A DNA stretch of 64,000 nt from an uncultured Planctomycetota bacterium (GTDB lineage Bacteria; Planctomycetota; PLA2; JAEUHO01), in the NCBI GenBank assembly GCA_963752285.1, contig CAVVXN010000005.1, positions 768,001 to 832,000 of the forward strand, read 5' to 3'. The translations under genes and the position numbers were made by a program. Every line of letters starts with the position of its first letter. Positions within the stretch are counted from its first letter, which is position 1. This document shows, piece by piece, positions 12,172-22,446 of the stretch. The notes beneath the pieces were generated by a model. It was not told the origin of the DNA and searched no databases. It saw only the letters and a list, made by a program, of their open reading frames with translations.

Positions 12172-14190
12172 GTGAGCGTCGTCCGGCCGGCCGTCGGGGG
12201 GCGTCGGGTCGCGACCGTCGTGGTCCTGCTCGCGATCCTCGGCCTCGCGGGCGTCCTGCGGATCGGACGGCCGGGCCTCGTCGAGTTCCGGCGCGACGAG
12301 GCGAACCTCTCCCGCCTCGCCCTCGACATGGCGCGGGGGCACGGGGTCGCGCTGCTCGGCATCGGGTCGTCGATCGGGGTACCGAACCCGCCCGCGAGCG
12401 TGTGGGTGATGGTCCCGCCGTTCCTCCTCGGGAACGACCCCGTCCTCGCGACGTCCTGGGTCGGGTTCGTGAACGTGCTCGGCGTGCTGCTCCTCTTCCT
12501 CTTCGCGCGGCGCTACGCGGGAACGCCGGCCGCGCTCGTGGCGGCGGCCCTCTTCGCGGCCGGACCGTGGCCCGTCCTGTTCTCACGCAAGATCTGGGCG
12601 CAGGACATGCTGCCGCCGCTCGCGATCCTCGTCGTGTGGACGGGGATCCGCGGCTTCCTGGAGGACCGGCCGCTCTCGCGGTTCCTCCACCTGCCCCTCC
12701 TCGCCTTGGCGGGACAGGTCCACTACGCCGCGATCGTGCTCGTGCCCGTGTCCGCGTACCTGGTCTTCGCGCGGCGCCGCCTCGACCGACCGCTCGTGCT
12801 CGGCACGGCCGCGGCGGTGCTCTCGTTCGCGCCGTTCGCGTACGGCGGTCTCCGGGCGCTCGCCGCCGTCCCCTGGCTCGCAGGCGAGGTCCTGCGGCAC
12901 CCGGTCGCGGGCCACGCCCTCGGTCTCTCCGCCGAGTCGTTCGCGCTGTTCGCGCGCGCCGTCGGCGGCGCGGGGGCGACGGCGTTGGTGCTGGGCGAAG
13001 AGGCCGCACGGGCGCCCGTGCTCCTCGACCTCGCCGAGCCGGTCTTCGTCGCGCTCGGCCTCCTTGCGGTCGTCGCGGCCGGTTGGCTCGTCGTCCGCGC
13101 GGCGCGGCGCGGCGGAGCGGATCGGCGCGTGGACCGCGCGCTCGCCGTCTGGCTCCTGGCCGCGCCGCTCGCGTTCGTCGTCACGTGGGTGCCCGCGCAG
13201 ACCCACTACCTGATCCCGGTGCTCCCGGTGGCGTACCTCGCCGTCGCGATCCTCGGTCGGGACCTCCTCCGCGCCTTCGCCCGACGCCGGGGCGGCGCGG
13301 CGTGGACCGCCGCGGCCGCGGCGACCGCGACCGCCGGCGTCGTGCTCCTCGCCGCCGCGGCCTCCTGGACGCTCCTGGACACCGTCTCCGCGCGGGCGAC
13401 CCCGGGCGGGTTCGGCGTGCCGCTCGGCGCGCGGATCGAGGTGCGCGACCGCGTCCTCGCGGCGCGGCCCGCGCACCTGCTCGTGCGCGCGGGCGGACAG
13501 GACGTGTGGATGGACGAGGAGACCTCGGTGTGGGACGCGGTCTTCTCGGGTCTCGCGGACGTGCGGTTCGTCCCGCCGGGGGTCGAGGTGCGCCCGGCCG
13601 AGGCAACACTCCTCCTCGCCGAGGGATGCGACGGCCCCGGGGAGCGGATCCCCCTCGGCCCGCCGGGCGCCGGGGGCGTTCCCCGCGCGTGCGTACGCCT
13701 CCTCCGCGTGGGGCCGCGCGGTGCGGACCGCCCCGCGGACCTCGCGGCCGACGTCACGCCCCTCGACCTCCCCTCGTTCGCCGTCGGGGCCCGACTCGTC
13801 GGCGTCCGTCGCGACGCGTCGCGCGGCCGCCTGGACCTCGTCTGGCGGCTCCCCGGCGCGCGGACGGGGCCTTTGCGGGACGACTTCTCGGTCGGGCTCG
13901 ACCTCCGGGACGCCGCGGGGCACTCCGTCGCGACCGTCGATCGCGACTTCTGGTGGGGGCGCTGGTGGCGCCCAGAGGACGTGGTGACCCTCCACGTGGA
14001 CCTCGGCGACGCCCGACCGGACGGGGCTGCGACGGCCCCGTCCCTCCTGGCCGCCGCGCGGACCGTCGCGGTCCGACTCCGGACGACCGAGCCCGCGCCG
14101 GGAGGGCCGCGCGTGCACGAGGTGGGCGGGATCGGGTCGGACGGCAGGCCGACGGGACCCTCGCTCGTCGTCGAGCTTCCGGGGCGGTGA
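12172..14190 (+). CDS. ArnT/PMT-like (GT-C) membrane glycosyltransferase with C-terminal extracytoplasmic domain
   Basis: Many TM segments; first-loop FRRDE motif; SRKIWAQ; start estimated. Confidence 0.7.
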   Translation: MSVVRPAVGGRRVATVVVLLAILGLAGVLRIGRPGLVEFRRDEANLSRLALDMARGHGVALLGIGSSIGVPNPPASVWVMVPPFLLGNDPVLATSWVGFVNVLGVLLLFLFARRYAGTPAALVAAALFAAGPWPVLFSRKIWAQDMLPPLAILVVWTGIRGFLEDRPLSRFLHLPLLALAGQVHYAAIVLVPVSAYLVFARRRLDRPLVLGTAAAVLSFAPFAYGGLRALAAVPWLAGEVLRHPVAGHALGLSAESFALFARAVGGAGATALVLGEEAARAPVLLDLAEPVFVALGLLAVVAAGWLVVRAARRGGADRRVDRALAVWLLAAPLAFVVTWVPAQTHYLIPVLPVAYLAVAILGRDLLRAFARRRGGAAWTAAAAATATAGVVLLAAAASWTLLDTVSARATPGGFGVPLGARIEVRDRVLAARPAHLLVRAGGQDVWMDEETSVWDAVFSGLADVRFVPPGVEVRPAEATLLLAEGCDGPGERIPLGPPGAGGVPRACVRLLRVGPRGADRPADLAADVTPLDLPSFAVGARLVGVRRDASRGRLDLVWRLPGARTGPLRDDFSVGLDLRDAAGHSVATVDRDFWWGRWWRPEDVVTLHVDLGDARPDGAATAPSLLAAARTVAVRLRTTEPAPGGPRVHEVGGIGSDGRPTGPSLVVELPGR

Positions 14191-14245
14191 GGCGGGGGCG
14201 GGGCGCCGCGGGCCGTCCCCCCCGGGGACTACCCTCTTCGCCCCG

Positions 14246-15340
14246 ATGTCGATCGACCGCCCTCCCGTGGGGATGGGTGCTCCGGGCGTCCGCCCCGCGC
14301 CGCGCGGGCGCGGCGTCGCGGAGAACCCGCCGAACCGCTTCACCGAGATCCACGTCGAGCTCGACGACGACGCGCCCGTGGACGAGCGGCCTCGGACCGT
14401 CTACCTCGAGGACCACGCGCGTTCCATCCTCGTCGCGAACGACAGCCCGGACGTGGGCTTTCGCGTGGGCTTGAACCCGTACCGCGGCTGCGAGCACGGC
14501 TGCTCGTACTGCTACGCGCGGCCGTACCACGAGTACCTCGGCTTCTCCGCGGGCCTCGACTTCGAGACGAAGATCCTCGTCAAGACCGACGCGCCCGTCC
14601 TCCTCGAAGCGGCGCTGGGGAACCCGCGATGGGCGCCCGAGCCGATCGGCCTCTCGGGCGTCACCGACTGCTACCAGCCGGTGGAACGGAGGCTCGGCCT
14701 CACGCGCGCGTGCCTCGAGGTCCTGGCCCGGTTCCGGAACCCGGTCGGCGTCATCACGAAGAGCGCGCTCGTGACCCGCGACCTCGACGTGCTCGGCGTG
14801 CTGGCCCGGGACGACGCCGCGAGCGTCTGCCTCACGGTGACGACGCTCGAGCCCGACCTCGCGGCGCGTCTGGAGCCACGGGCGGCCCGCCCCGCGGCGC
14901 GACTCGAGGCCGTCGCCCGCCTCCGGGAGGCGGGGGTCCCCGTGGGCGTCGCGGTGGCGCCGGTGATCCCGGGGCTCACCGACCACGAGATCCCGAGGAT
15001 CCTCGCCGCCGCCGCCGAGGCGGGGGCGCGCGCGGCGTTCTACACGGTGCTGCGCCTGCCCCACGCGGTGAAGGAGCTGTTTCCCGCGTGGCTCGAACGG
15101 CACGAGCCCCTCCGTCGAAGCCGCGTGCTCGCGCGCCTCGCGTCGCTGCGCCACGGCGCGTACGACGACGGTCGCTTCGGGATTCGGATGCGCGGCGAGG
15201 GGCCGTACGCGGAGCAGATCCGGGGACTGTTCGAAGCGGGCTGCCGGCGCGCGGGACTCGCGACCGGGCTCCCGCGGCTCTCGACGCGCGCCTTCCGTCG
15301 CCCGGAGGGAGAGCGGCAGGGGCGCCTCTTCGCGTGTTGA
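14246..15340 (+). CDS. PA0069/Rv2578c family radical SAM protein (SplB-like)
   Basis: NPYRGCEHGCSYCYARP, LDFETKI, TDCYQPVE. Confidence 0.92.
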   Translation: MSIDRPPVGMGAPGVRPAPRGRGVAENPPNRFTEIHVELDDDAPVDERPRTVYLEDHARSILVANDSPDVGFRVGLNPYRGCEHGCSYCYARPYHEYLGFSAGLDFETKILVKTDAPVLLEAALGNPRWAPEPIGLSGVTDCYQPVERRLGLTRACLEVLARFRNPVGVITKSALVTRDLDVLGVLARDDAASVCLTVTTLEPDLAARLEPRAARPAARLEAVARLREAGVPVGVAVAPVIPGLTDHEIPRILAAAAEAGARAAFYTVLRLPHAVKELFPAWLERHEPLRRSRVLARLASLRHGAYDDGRFGIRMRGEGPYAEQIRGLFEAGCRRAGLATGLPRLSTRAFRRPEGERQGRLFAC

Positions 15341-15359
15341 GGCGAACGCGCCGGCTCGG

Positions 15360-17903
15360 TCAGCGGCCCGTGGCGAGGTGCCACGCGACGTCGAAGAGCC
15401 CTGCCGTACGCACGCCCGTGTCGCCCCGGTCGAAGACCTCGGGCCCGAAGAGGACGTAGTCGGGGAACCCCACGCCCGACGAGAGGTACGCGCAGGGGAT
15501 CGTGGCTCGCTCGCCCTTCTCGCCCGTCCACGCCACGGCGCCCGCGAGCGCGCCCTCGTCTCCGAGGCGCGGGTAGAGGAAGAGCGCCGCGAGGTCGTCG
15601 CCCTCGTAGGTACGCGCGCCGACGACGGCCCGCCCGCGGTCCACGCGGAGGGGGCACGACGGGGGGAGGACGTGATCCCACGCCGCGTTCGTGCTCGCGT
15701 TCCCGTACAGCACGACGTTGCGACCCACGTAGCGCGGCGCGTGCGCGAGCAGCTCGGCGTCGGAGATCGTCTCGGCCGCGCCGTTGCCGCGGTACCACCA
15801 GCGCTCGGCGTCGTACCGGGCCCGCTCGAGCGCCTGACGGTCCTCGGAGGCGTCGCCCGCCGTCCCGTAGACGAGGACGAAGCGCCGGTCGAAGAGCCGC
15901 CAGAAGGGTCCGCTCCGCCCGGGCGACCGCTCGCCCGCCGGGATCCGGTCGGCGACCACGCGCCACGTGCCGCCCGAGCGCGCGAGCGCGAGGCGCGGCG
16001 TCTCCGCGGGCCACAAGACGTCGGTTCCGTCCACGTGGACCGCGCCGACCTTCCACGCCGCGGGCGGCGCGAGCGAGAGCCGGCGGACGTTCTTCGTCGC
16101 GACCGTCAGCGCGCCGCCCGCGAACGACGCGTCCACGTGGAGCAGCTCGCCCACCTGGATCGGCTGCTCGAGCCGCACCCAGAAGTCGGCGCTGTCCTCG
16201 GCCGGGTCGGCGGTCGTGACGTGGAGGGCCGCCGGCGCCTCCGGGATCTCGTGCGCACGGAAGGCGTCGAAGAAGGCGGGCCAGTCCACGCAGTCCGCGC
16301 CCGGCGAGGCGTCGCCGTCCCACCAGTGGCCCATCTTCGGGATCACCTGGAGCGCGTAGTCCATCCCGGGGAGCGCGTTGAGGCGCGCCTCCATCGTCCG
16401 GGCTTCCGAGACCGGGACGCAGTCGTCCGCCTCGCCGTGGAGCTGGCGCACGGGGACCGCGGCGAGGTTGTCGGCGAGCGCCAGCGTGTCGGACGGGGCG
16501 TCCGCCGCGTCCCAGAGCCGGGCGAGCGGGCCGTCGCGCGGACCGCCCGCGTACGTCGCGAACGAGACCCACGCCGCCGACGGCGCGACGACGGCGAAGC
16601 CGTCCGGGTCGTTGACGGCGAGGTGCCACGTGCCGTGTCCGCCCATCGAGTGTCCCGAGAGCGACACGCGACGACGGTCCACCCCGGTGTCCGAGAGCGC
16701 GTCGGCGAGGACCTCGTACGCGTCCAGGCGTCCCCACTGCTGCCAGTCGAACCCGAAGGGGCGGCGGTTCGTGGGCGCGACGATCACGAAGTCGGGCTTC
16801 GGGGCGTAGGCCTTCACCTGTCCGAGCGCCTGGACGCCCGCGCCGTGGAGCGTGAGGAGCATGCGCCGGGGCGCGCCCTTCGCGTCGCCGACCGGCGGGA
16901 GGAGGGCGTACGTCTGGACGCCTCCGTCGATCGCCGAGACGAACGTGCGGCGGCGTGGCGCGTCGGCCGAGACCACCGGGAGCGGGAACGACCAGTGCCC
17001 GATCACGCGGTCGCAGTTCGCGAGCTCGACGTCGAGGCGGGCCTCCTCCGCGGCGTCGGGGACCTCGATGGGCCGGAGGACGAGCGGCACCTTCGTGACA
17101 CCGAGCGGAGGGATCGAGACGAGGCGGACGCCGCCCGAGACCCGGCGGTCGCCCACGTGGACCGTACCTTCGACGTCCACGCCGATCGCGAGCGTCGTGC
17201 TCGCGTTCACCACGACGACCGCCGCGTCGGGCGCACGGGACTCGCCCCGGACGAGGTCGGGGAGGGTCGGGTCCTCGGTCGCCACGAAGAGGGGCGCCTC
17301 CGGCCGCTCGAAGCGCACGCGAAACGGTCCGCGCGGCGCCAGGACGAAGAGCGCGTTCGCGCCTGCCCGGAGCTCGACGGGCACGCGGACGATCCCGTGA
17401 CCGTACGCGTCGCCGACGAACGGGGTCCCGTTCACGAAGAGCGCGCCGGCGCGCTCGACGGACGCGAGCCACACGCCGTCGGCGGACGCCGTGACGGTTC
17501 CCGCGGCGTACGACGCCTCGTCCGGGTCCACGAAGCCGCGTTCGTCCGGCACGGCCGGTCGCCACGCCGCGTGGCTCCCGTCCGCGGCCTCGACGACGAC
17601 CCCGGCCTCGGGCGCCTCCGCCGACGGCGCGAGGAGGTAGCGCCGGAAGGCCGCCGACGGACGAAACGGCTCGCGCGGCCCGCCCGCGTCGAGGTCGAGG
17701 AGGAGCCAGCGCTCCACGACGGGCGTCGCGGCGGCGGCGGGCTCGTCGGCCCGCGCCGGGGCGACGAGCCGCCCGGTCCCGAGGACCGTCCCGAGCCCCA
17801 GCGCGGCCGCCAGGACCGCCCGGGTCGCCCATCGGCTGCCGCCCGCGCGGTCCCCACGGAGCTTCCCGCGCGAGACACGAAGGCCCGCTCGTCCGTGTTC
17901 CAT
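15360..17903 (-). CDS. Large secreted alpha/beta-hydrolase (S9 peptidase/esterase-like)
   Basis: Signal region; LHGAG, GHSMGG nucleophile, HGEADDCVP, GHWWD. Confidence 0.82.
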   Translation of the reverse strand: MEHGRAGLRVSRGKLRGDRAGGSRWATRAVLAAALGLGTVLGTGRLVAPARADEPAAAATPVVERWLLLDLDAGGPREPFRPSAAFRRYLLAPSAEAPEAGVVVEAADGSHAAWRPAVPDERGFVDPDEASYAAGTVTASADGVWLASVERAGALFVNGTPFVGDAYGHGIVRVPVELRAGANALFVLAPRGPFRVRFERPEAPLFVATEDPTLPDLVRGESRAPDAAVVVVNASTTLAIGVDVEGTVHVGDRRVSGGVRLVSIPPLGVTKVPLVLRPIEVPDAAEEARLDVELANCDRVIGHWSFPLPVVSADAPRRRTFVSAIDGGVQTYALLPPVGDAKGAPRRMLLTLHGAGVQALGQVKAYAPKPDFVIVAPTNRRPFGFDWQQWGRLDAYEVLADALSDTGVDRRRVSLSGHSMGGHGTWHLAVNDPDGFAVVAPSAAWVSFATYAGGPRDGPLARLWDAADAPSDTLALADNLAAVPVRQLHGEADDCVPVSEARTMEARLNALPGMDYALQVIPKMGHWWDGDASPGADCVDWPAFFDAFRAHEIPEAPAALHVTTADPAEDSADFWVRLEQPIQVGELLHVDASFAGGALTVATKNVRRLSLAPPAAWKVGAVHVDGTDVLWPAETPRLALARSGGTWRVVADRIPAGERSPGRSGPFWRLFDRRFVLVYGTAGDASEDRQALERARYDAERWWYRGNGAAETISDAELLAHAPRYVGRNVVLYGNASTNAAWDHVLPPSCPLRVDRGRAVVGARTYEGDDLAALFLYPRLGDEGALAGAVAWTGEKGERATIPCAYLSSGVGFPDYVLFGPEVFDRGDTGVRTAGLFDVAWHLATGR

Positions 17904-17928
17904 CTGCACCTCCCGGGTGAGGAAGCGG

Positions 17929-18672
17929 TCAGGCCCCGGTCGGGCCGAGGCGCTCGGCGAGGAAGGCGGCCGTCATCCGTCGCGCGCGGCGCGCCGCGTC
18001 GGGATGGTACACGACGCCGCGCTCGGGATCGCGCGCCTCGGGGTTCGTGAAGCCGTGGCGCGCGCCACCGTGGACGACGAAGGTGAAGTCCACGCCCGCG
18101 GCCTCCATGGCGGCGAGGAAGGCGTCCACCCGGTCCGGCGGCACGAGCGGGTCCGCGTGCCCGTGGTGCACCTGGAGGCTCGCTCGGACCCGGGCCGCGT
18201 CGGCCTCGGCGACCTCGGGCAGGATCCCGTGCAGGGTCGCTACGGCGCGGAGCGCGGCGCCGTCGAGCGCCAGCTCGAGCGCGGCCGCGCCGCCGAAGCA
18301 GTAGCCCACCGCCCCGACGCGCGACGCCTCGACGTCGGGGCGGCGGGCCAGGGCGTCGAACGCCGCCCGTCCGCGACGGCAAAGGGCGGCGCGGTCCCTC
18401 TGGAGCGGCTCCATCCACGCGCGGGCCTCGGCGCGGGAGGACGCGAGCCGGCCCTCGCCGTAGAGGTCCACGGCGAGCGCCGCGTACCCCGCGCCCGCGA
18501 GCCAGCGGACCTCGTCGCGCGCGAACGGGCCGAGGCCGACGAAGGTGGGGAACACGAGCACGCCGGGCACCGGGACGGTCGGGTCGGCGGGCCGCGCGAG
18601 GAGACCGCGGCAGCGAAGCCCGCGGTCCTCGTAGTCGAGCGTCTCGAGGAGAAGCCCTGGATCGTGCGCCAT
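17929..18672 (-). CDS. Dienelactone hydrolase family protein
   Basis: GYCFGG, HGHADPLVP, GARHGFTNP. Confidence 0.9.
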   Translation of the reverse strand: MAHDPGLLLETLDYEDRGLRCRGLLARPADPTVPVPGVLVFPTFVGLGPFARDEVRWLAGAGYAALAVDLYGEGRLASSRAEARAWMEPLQRDRAALCRRGRAAFDALARRPDVEASRVGAVGYCFGGAAALELALDGAALRAVATLHGILPEVAEADAARVRASLQVHHGHADPLVPPDRVDAFLAAMEAAGVDFTFVVHGGARHGFTNPEARDPERGVVYHPDAARRARRMTAAFLAERLGPTGA

Positions 18673-18730
18673 CGCGCCTCCGTGTCCCGTGCGGCGCGTA
18701 GGATGCCCCCACCCGAAGGGAAGCGACCCG

Positions 18731-19783
18731 ATGCCGAAGACCCCCCGCGCCCGACGGCCGCGCCGACGCGCGCGGCGTCCCGCGTGGGTCTCCTGGCCCG
18801 ACGAGCGCCTCCTCGACCTGCGCCTGAAGGACCTCGGGCTGGAGGTGGAGGGCACCGTGCTCGAGGAGCGGGTGGCGAGGCTCCACGAGGAGCTCCAGGC
18901 GCGCGGCCTGGGCCTCAAGCCGCACGCCTGGCTCTCGACGGAGTGGTTCTCGCCCGACGGCATCCCGGGCATCGCGGTCCCCTTCTACCTCGCGCACCCG
19001 CGCCTGATGGCGCTCGAGCGCCGGATGATGCTGGAGGTCGAGGGGAGCTCCGAGCGGGAGTGCATGAAGATCCTTCGGCACGAGGCCGGGCACGCGTTCG
19101 ACACGGCCTACCGGCTCCACTTCCGGCGCTCGTTCCAGGAGGCGTTCGGCCGCGCGCGGCCCTACCCGACGACGTACCGCCCGAAGCCCGTCAGCCGGAG
19201 CTTCGTGCTCCACCTGGACGCGTGGTACGCCCAGAGCCACCCCGCCGAGGACTTCGCCGAGACCTTCGCGGTGTGGCTGTCGCCGGGGAACCGCTGGCGT
19301 CAGACGTACGCCGGCTGGCCGGCCCTGAGGAAGCTCGAGTACGTGGACGGGCTGATGCAGGAGGTCGCGGGTCGCGCTGCGCGGGTGCGCTCGCGCGCGC
19401 GACCCGAAAGGCTCTCCACACTGACGCAGACCCTCGGCGCGTACTACGCGTGGAAGCGGGGCTACTACGGGACCCAGCACCCCGAGGTGTGGGACCGGGA
19501 CCTGCGCCGCCTCTTCTCCGACCAGCCCGAGCACAAGGAGCGGGAGACGGCGTACGCGTTCCTCCGGCGCGTTCGGGCCGAGGTCCGCGAGCGCGTGGCG
19601 CACTGGACGGGCCTCTCGCAGTACACGATCGACCAGGTGCTGAAGGACATGATCGTTCGCTGCAAGGACCTGCGGCTCCGCGTGCGCGCGTCGGACCGTC
19701 AGACCAAGCTCGACACGACCGTGATGCTCACGGTGCTCACCATGAACTACCTCCACAGCGGGCGGCATCGGGTGGCCCTGTGA
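18731..19783 (+). CDS. Putative zinc-binding metallopeptidase (Peptidase_Mx-like)
   Basis: ILRHEAGHA (HExxH), YAQSHPAEDFAETFAVW. Confidence 0.85.
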   Translation: MPKTPRARRPRRRARRPAWVSWPDERLLDLRLKDLGLEVEGTVLEERVARLHEELQARGLGLKPHAWLSTEWFSPDGIPGIAVPFYLAHPRLMALERRMMLEVEGSSERECMKILRHEAGHAFDTAYRLHFRRSFQEAFGRARPYPTTYRPKPVSRSFVLHLDAWYAQSHPAEDFAETFAVWLSPGNRWRQTYAGWPALRKLEYVDGLMQEVAGRAARVRSRARPERLSTLTQTLGAYYAWKRGYYGTQHPEVWDRDLRRLFSDQPEHKERETAYAFLRRVRAEVRERVAHWTGLSQYTIDQVLKDMIVRCKDLRLRVRASDRQTKLDTTVMLTVLTMNYLHSGRHRVAL

Positions 19784-19823
19784 GACGGCGCACGGACGTC
19801 GAGCCGGGGGGCGAGGTGCTCGC

Positions 19824-20855
19824 GTGAAACGACTGCGGGTGCTCGTGCTCCTGCACCGCGACCTGATCCCCCCCGAGTCGATCGAGGGGCTCTCCGACGA
19901 GGAGCTCTTCCGCGCGCCGTGGAAGACGGAGTACGACGTCGTCGCGACCCTCCGGGAGGCGGGGCACGACGTCCGGGTGCTCGGCGTCGTGGGCGACCTC
20001 ATGGCGATCCGCGAGGCGGTCGAGCAAGGGGAGCCTCACGTCGCCTTCAACCTGCTCGAGGAGTTCGACGGCGTCGCGGTGTACGACCAGCACGTCGTGG
20101 GCTACCTCGAGCTGCTCCGGCAGTCGTACACCGGGTGCAACCCGCGGGGCCTGATGCTCGCCCGCGACAAGGCGCTCAGCAAACAGCTCCTCGCCTACCA
20201 CCGGATCCGGGTACCGGCCTTCGCCGTCTTCCCGCGGGGGCGGAAGGTCAGCCGGCCCCGGCGCCTCGCGTTCCCGCTCTTCGTGAAGTCGGTGACCGAG
20301 GAGGGCTCCCGCGGCATCGCCCAGGCCTCGCTCGTCCAGGACGACGAGCACCTCGTGGAGCGCGTGGGCTTCGTGCACGAGCACGTCGGGACCGACGCGA
20401 TCGCCGAGGAGTACATCGAGGGTCGCGAGCTCTACGTCGGCCTGCTCGGAAACCAGCGTGTCCGCGTCCTCCCGATCTGGGAGATGCACTTCACCAAGAT
20501 GCCGCCCGACGTCCCCCGGTTCGCGACGGGGCGGGTCAAGTGGGACGTCGCCTACCAGCGCCGGTGGGGCATCGAGACGAGCGCCGCGCGGGACCTTCCC
20601 GAGGGCGCCGAGAAGCGGATCGTCCAGATCTGCCGGCGGGCCTGGAGGATCCTCTCGCTCTCGGGCTACGCCCGGATGGACCTGCGCATGCGGCCGGACG
20701 GGGAGGTGTTCGTGATCGAGGCGAACCCGAACCCCCAGATCGGCTATGGTGAGGACTTCGCCGAGTCGGCAGAGACCGTCGGTCTGCCCTACGACGCCCT
20801 CCTCGAGCGGATCATGAGCCTGGGGCTCCGGTACCGGGCGGAGTGGAAGGGCTGA
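19824..20855 (+). CDS. Ddl-like ATP-grasp ligase of unknown substrate
   Basis: YTG, RDKALSK, VKS..EEGSRGI, EEYIEGRE, YARMD, IEANPNP; lacks the Ddl N-terminal GGxSxE motif. Confidence 0.85.
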   Translation: MKRLRVLVLLHRDLIPPESIEGLSDEELFRAPWKTEYDVVATLREAGHDVRVLGVVGDLMAIREAVEQGEPHVAFNLLEEFDGVAVYDQHVVGYLELLRQSYTGCNPRGLMLARDKALSKQLLAYHRIRVPAFAVFPRGRKVSRPRRLAFPLFVKSVTEEGSRGIAQASLVQDDEHLVERVGFVHEHVGTDAIAEEYIEGRELYVGLLGNQRVRVLPIWEMHFTKMPPDVPRFATGRVKWDVAYQRRWGIETSAARDLPEGAEKRIVQICRRAWRILSLSGYARMDLRMRPDGEVFVIEANPNPQIGYGEDFAESAETVGLPYDALLERIMSLGLRYRAEWKG

Positions 20856-20965
20856 GCGCGGCGACGGCCTCCGGCTCGGCCGGGACCCCGGACGTTCGCC
20901 GCCCCCGGGCGTCCGTTGGCTCGTGGACGCCGGGTGGGGCAGAATCGTGCGACCCAGGGGGGCCG

Positions 20966-21670
20966 ATGGCTACGGGATCGAACGGGCAGGACCACGACGG
21001 CGGGAGCCGACGCGCGGCGCACGAGAGCCTGCTCTACGGCTCGCTCTCGCGCGTCTACGACGCCGTGTTCGCGCGCGTCTTCCTCCCGCGCGTCGCGTTC
21101 GTGATCCGCGCCCTGGACCTCCAGGCCGGCACACGCGTGCTCGAGATCGGCGCCGGCACCGGCGGCTCGCTCCCCGCCTACCCCCCGGACTGCGACGTCA
21201 CCGCGCTCGACCTGTCCGCACAGATGCTCCGGCGCGCGCAGCACAAGATCGAGCGCATGGGGTGGAAGCACATCCGCCTCGTCGAGGGCAACGCGACGCG
21301 CCTGCCGTTCCCCGACGACGCCTTCGACGTGGTGGGCGCGTTCCACATGGTGACGGTGGTGGACGACCCCGACCGGATGATGCGCGAGGTCGTGCGGGTC
21401 TGCCGGCCGCACGGGCGGGTCGCGATCGTGAACAGGTTCCGGAGCGAGGTGCCTGCCCTCGACCGACTGGAACAGAGCCTCGAGCCGATGACACGGGGCT
21501 GGGGATGGGGCACGCTTCGGCGGGAGGAGGTCCTGGAAGGCCAGCCGCTCCGCGTCCTCGACGCACGGCACGGGGGACCGCTCGGCCTCTTCACGGCCGT
21601 GGTCGCGGAGAACACGAAGCCCGGGCGTGCGGCGGCCAGCGCGCGGGGTCAGGACGAGGCGGACGCGTAG
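20966..21670 (+). CDS. Class I SAM-dependent methyltransferase (PmtA/UbiE-like)
   Basis: VLEIGAGTG, LDLSAQML, LPFPDDAFD. Confidence 0.85.
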   Translation: MATGSNGQDHDGGSRRAAHESLLYGSLSRVYDAVFARVFLPRVAFVIRALDLQAGTRVLEIGAGTGGSLPAYPPDCDVTALDLSAQMLRRAQHKIERMGWKHIRLVEGNATRLPFPDDAFDVVGAFHMVTVVDDPDRMMREVVRVCRPHGRVAIVNRFRSEVPALDRLEQSLEPMTRGWGWGTLRREEVLEGQPLRVLDARHGGPLGLFTAVVAENTKPGRAAASARGQDEADA

Positions 21671-22446
21671 GCCCGGAGGCCCAGCCGCCACAGCGCGCCC
21701 ATCGCCAGGAGCGCGGCGACCGTGACGCCCACGACGTGGAGCACCAGGGGCCAGGAGAAACCCTGGAAGAGCGCGCGGGTGGGAAACGAGACGATCACCG
21801 CAAAGGGGAGGATCGACGTCAGGAGCCGGCCGACGAAGCCGGTGAAGATCCCGTCCGGCCGATCGGCGAGCTGGTCGAGCGAGAAGTAGATCTCGCGGAG
21901 CCCGTGGACGGTGTGCAGCCAGAAGACGGGGATCAGCAGGGTCATCTGGAGCGCGTACCGGAGGATCACGCCCACGAGCAGGAGTCCGACGTAGAGCACG
22001 ACCGAAGGGAGCGGGAGGGGGCCGGGGTACCGGGCGACCACCACGGCGAGGACCGCGAACGCCAGCAGGAGGTTCAGGAACGAGTTCGCGGCGAAGTCCC
22101 TCAGGCTCAACATGAAGAGCGCGGAGACCGGGCGGACCAGGTGGTAGTCGAGATCGCCCCGGTTCACGTAGATCGGGAACCACCACATGTTGTTCGAGAA
22201 GATCGTCATGTGGAGCGCGTCGGACACGAAGACGCCCCCGGCGAACACGAGTACCTGGTCCCACGTCCAGCCACCGAGCGCGCGGGTGTGCGCGAAGAGG
22301 ATCCCGAAGAAGCCCAGGTTCACCGCGTAGAAGACGACGTCCATGAACACGCGGAAGAAGAAGTCGAGCCGGAACTGCAGCGCCTTCGAGAACGAGAAGC
22401 GGAGGAAGGAGGCATAGAGGCGGAGGTAGCGCACGCGGGGGCTCAC
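21649..22446 (-). CDS. ABC-2 family (DUF990-type) permease
   Basis: Six TM segments, GDLDYHLVRP. Confidence 0.85.
   Translation of the reverse strand: MSPRVRYLRLYASFLRFSFSKALQFRLDFFFRVFMDVVFYAVNLGFFGILFAHTRALGGWTWDQVLVFAGGVFVSDALHMTIFSNNMWWFPIYVNRGDLDYHLVRPVSALFMLSLRDFAANSFLNLLLAFAVLAVVVARYPGPLPLPSVVLYVGLLLVGVILRYALQMTLLIPVFWLHTVHGLREIYFSLDQLADRPDGIFTGFVGRLLTSILPFAVIVSFPTRALFQGFSWPLVLHVVGVTVAALLAMGALWRLGLRAYASASS

Noticed and set aside
19824..20855. Second true ddl or VanA-type resistance ligase
   Set aside because: Lacks the Ddl N-terminal substrate motif, and no vanH/vanX/vanRS genes are nearby
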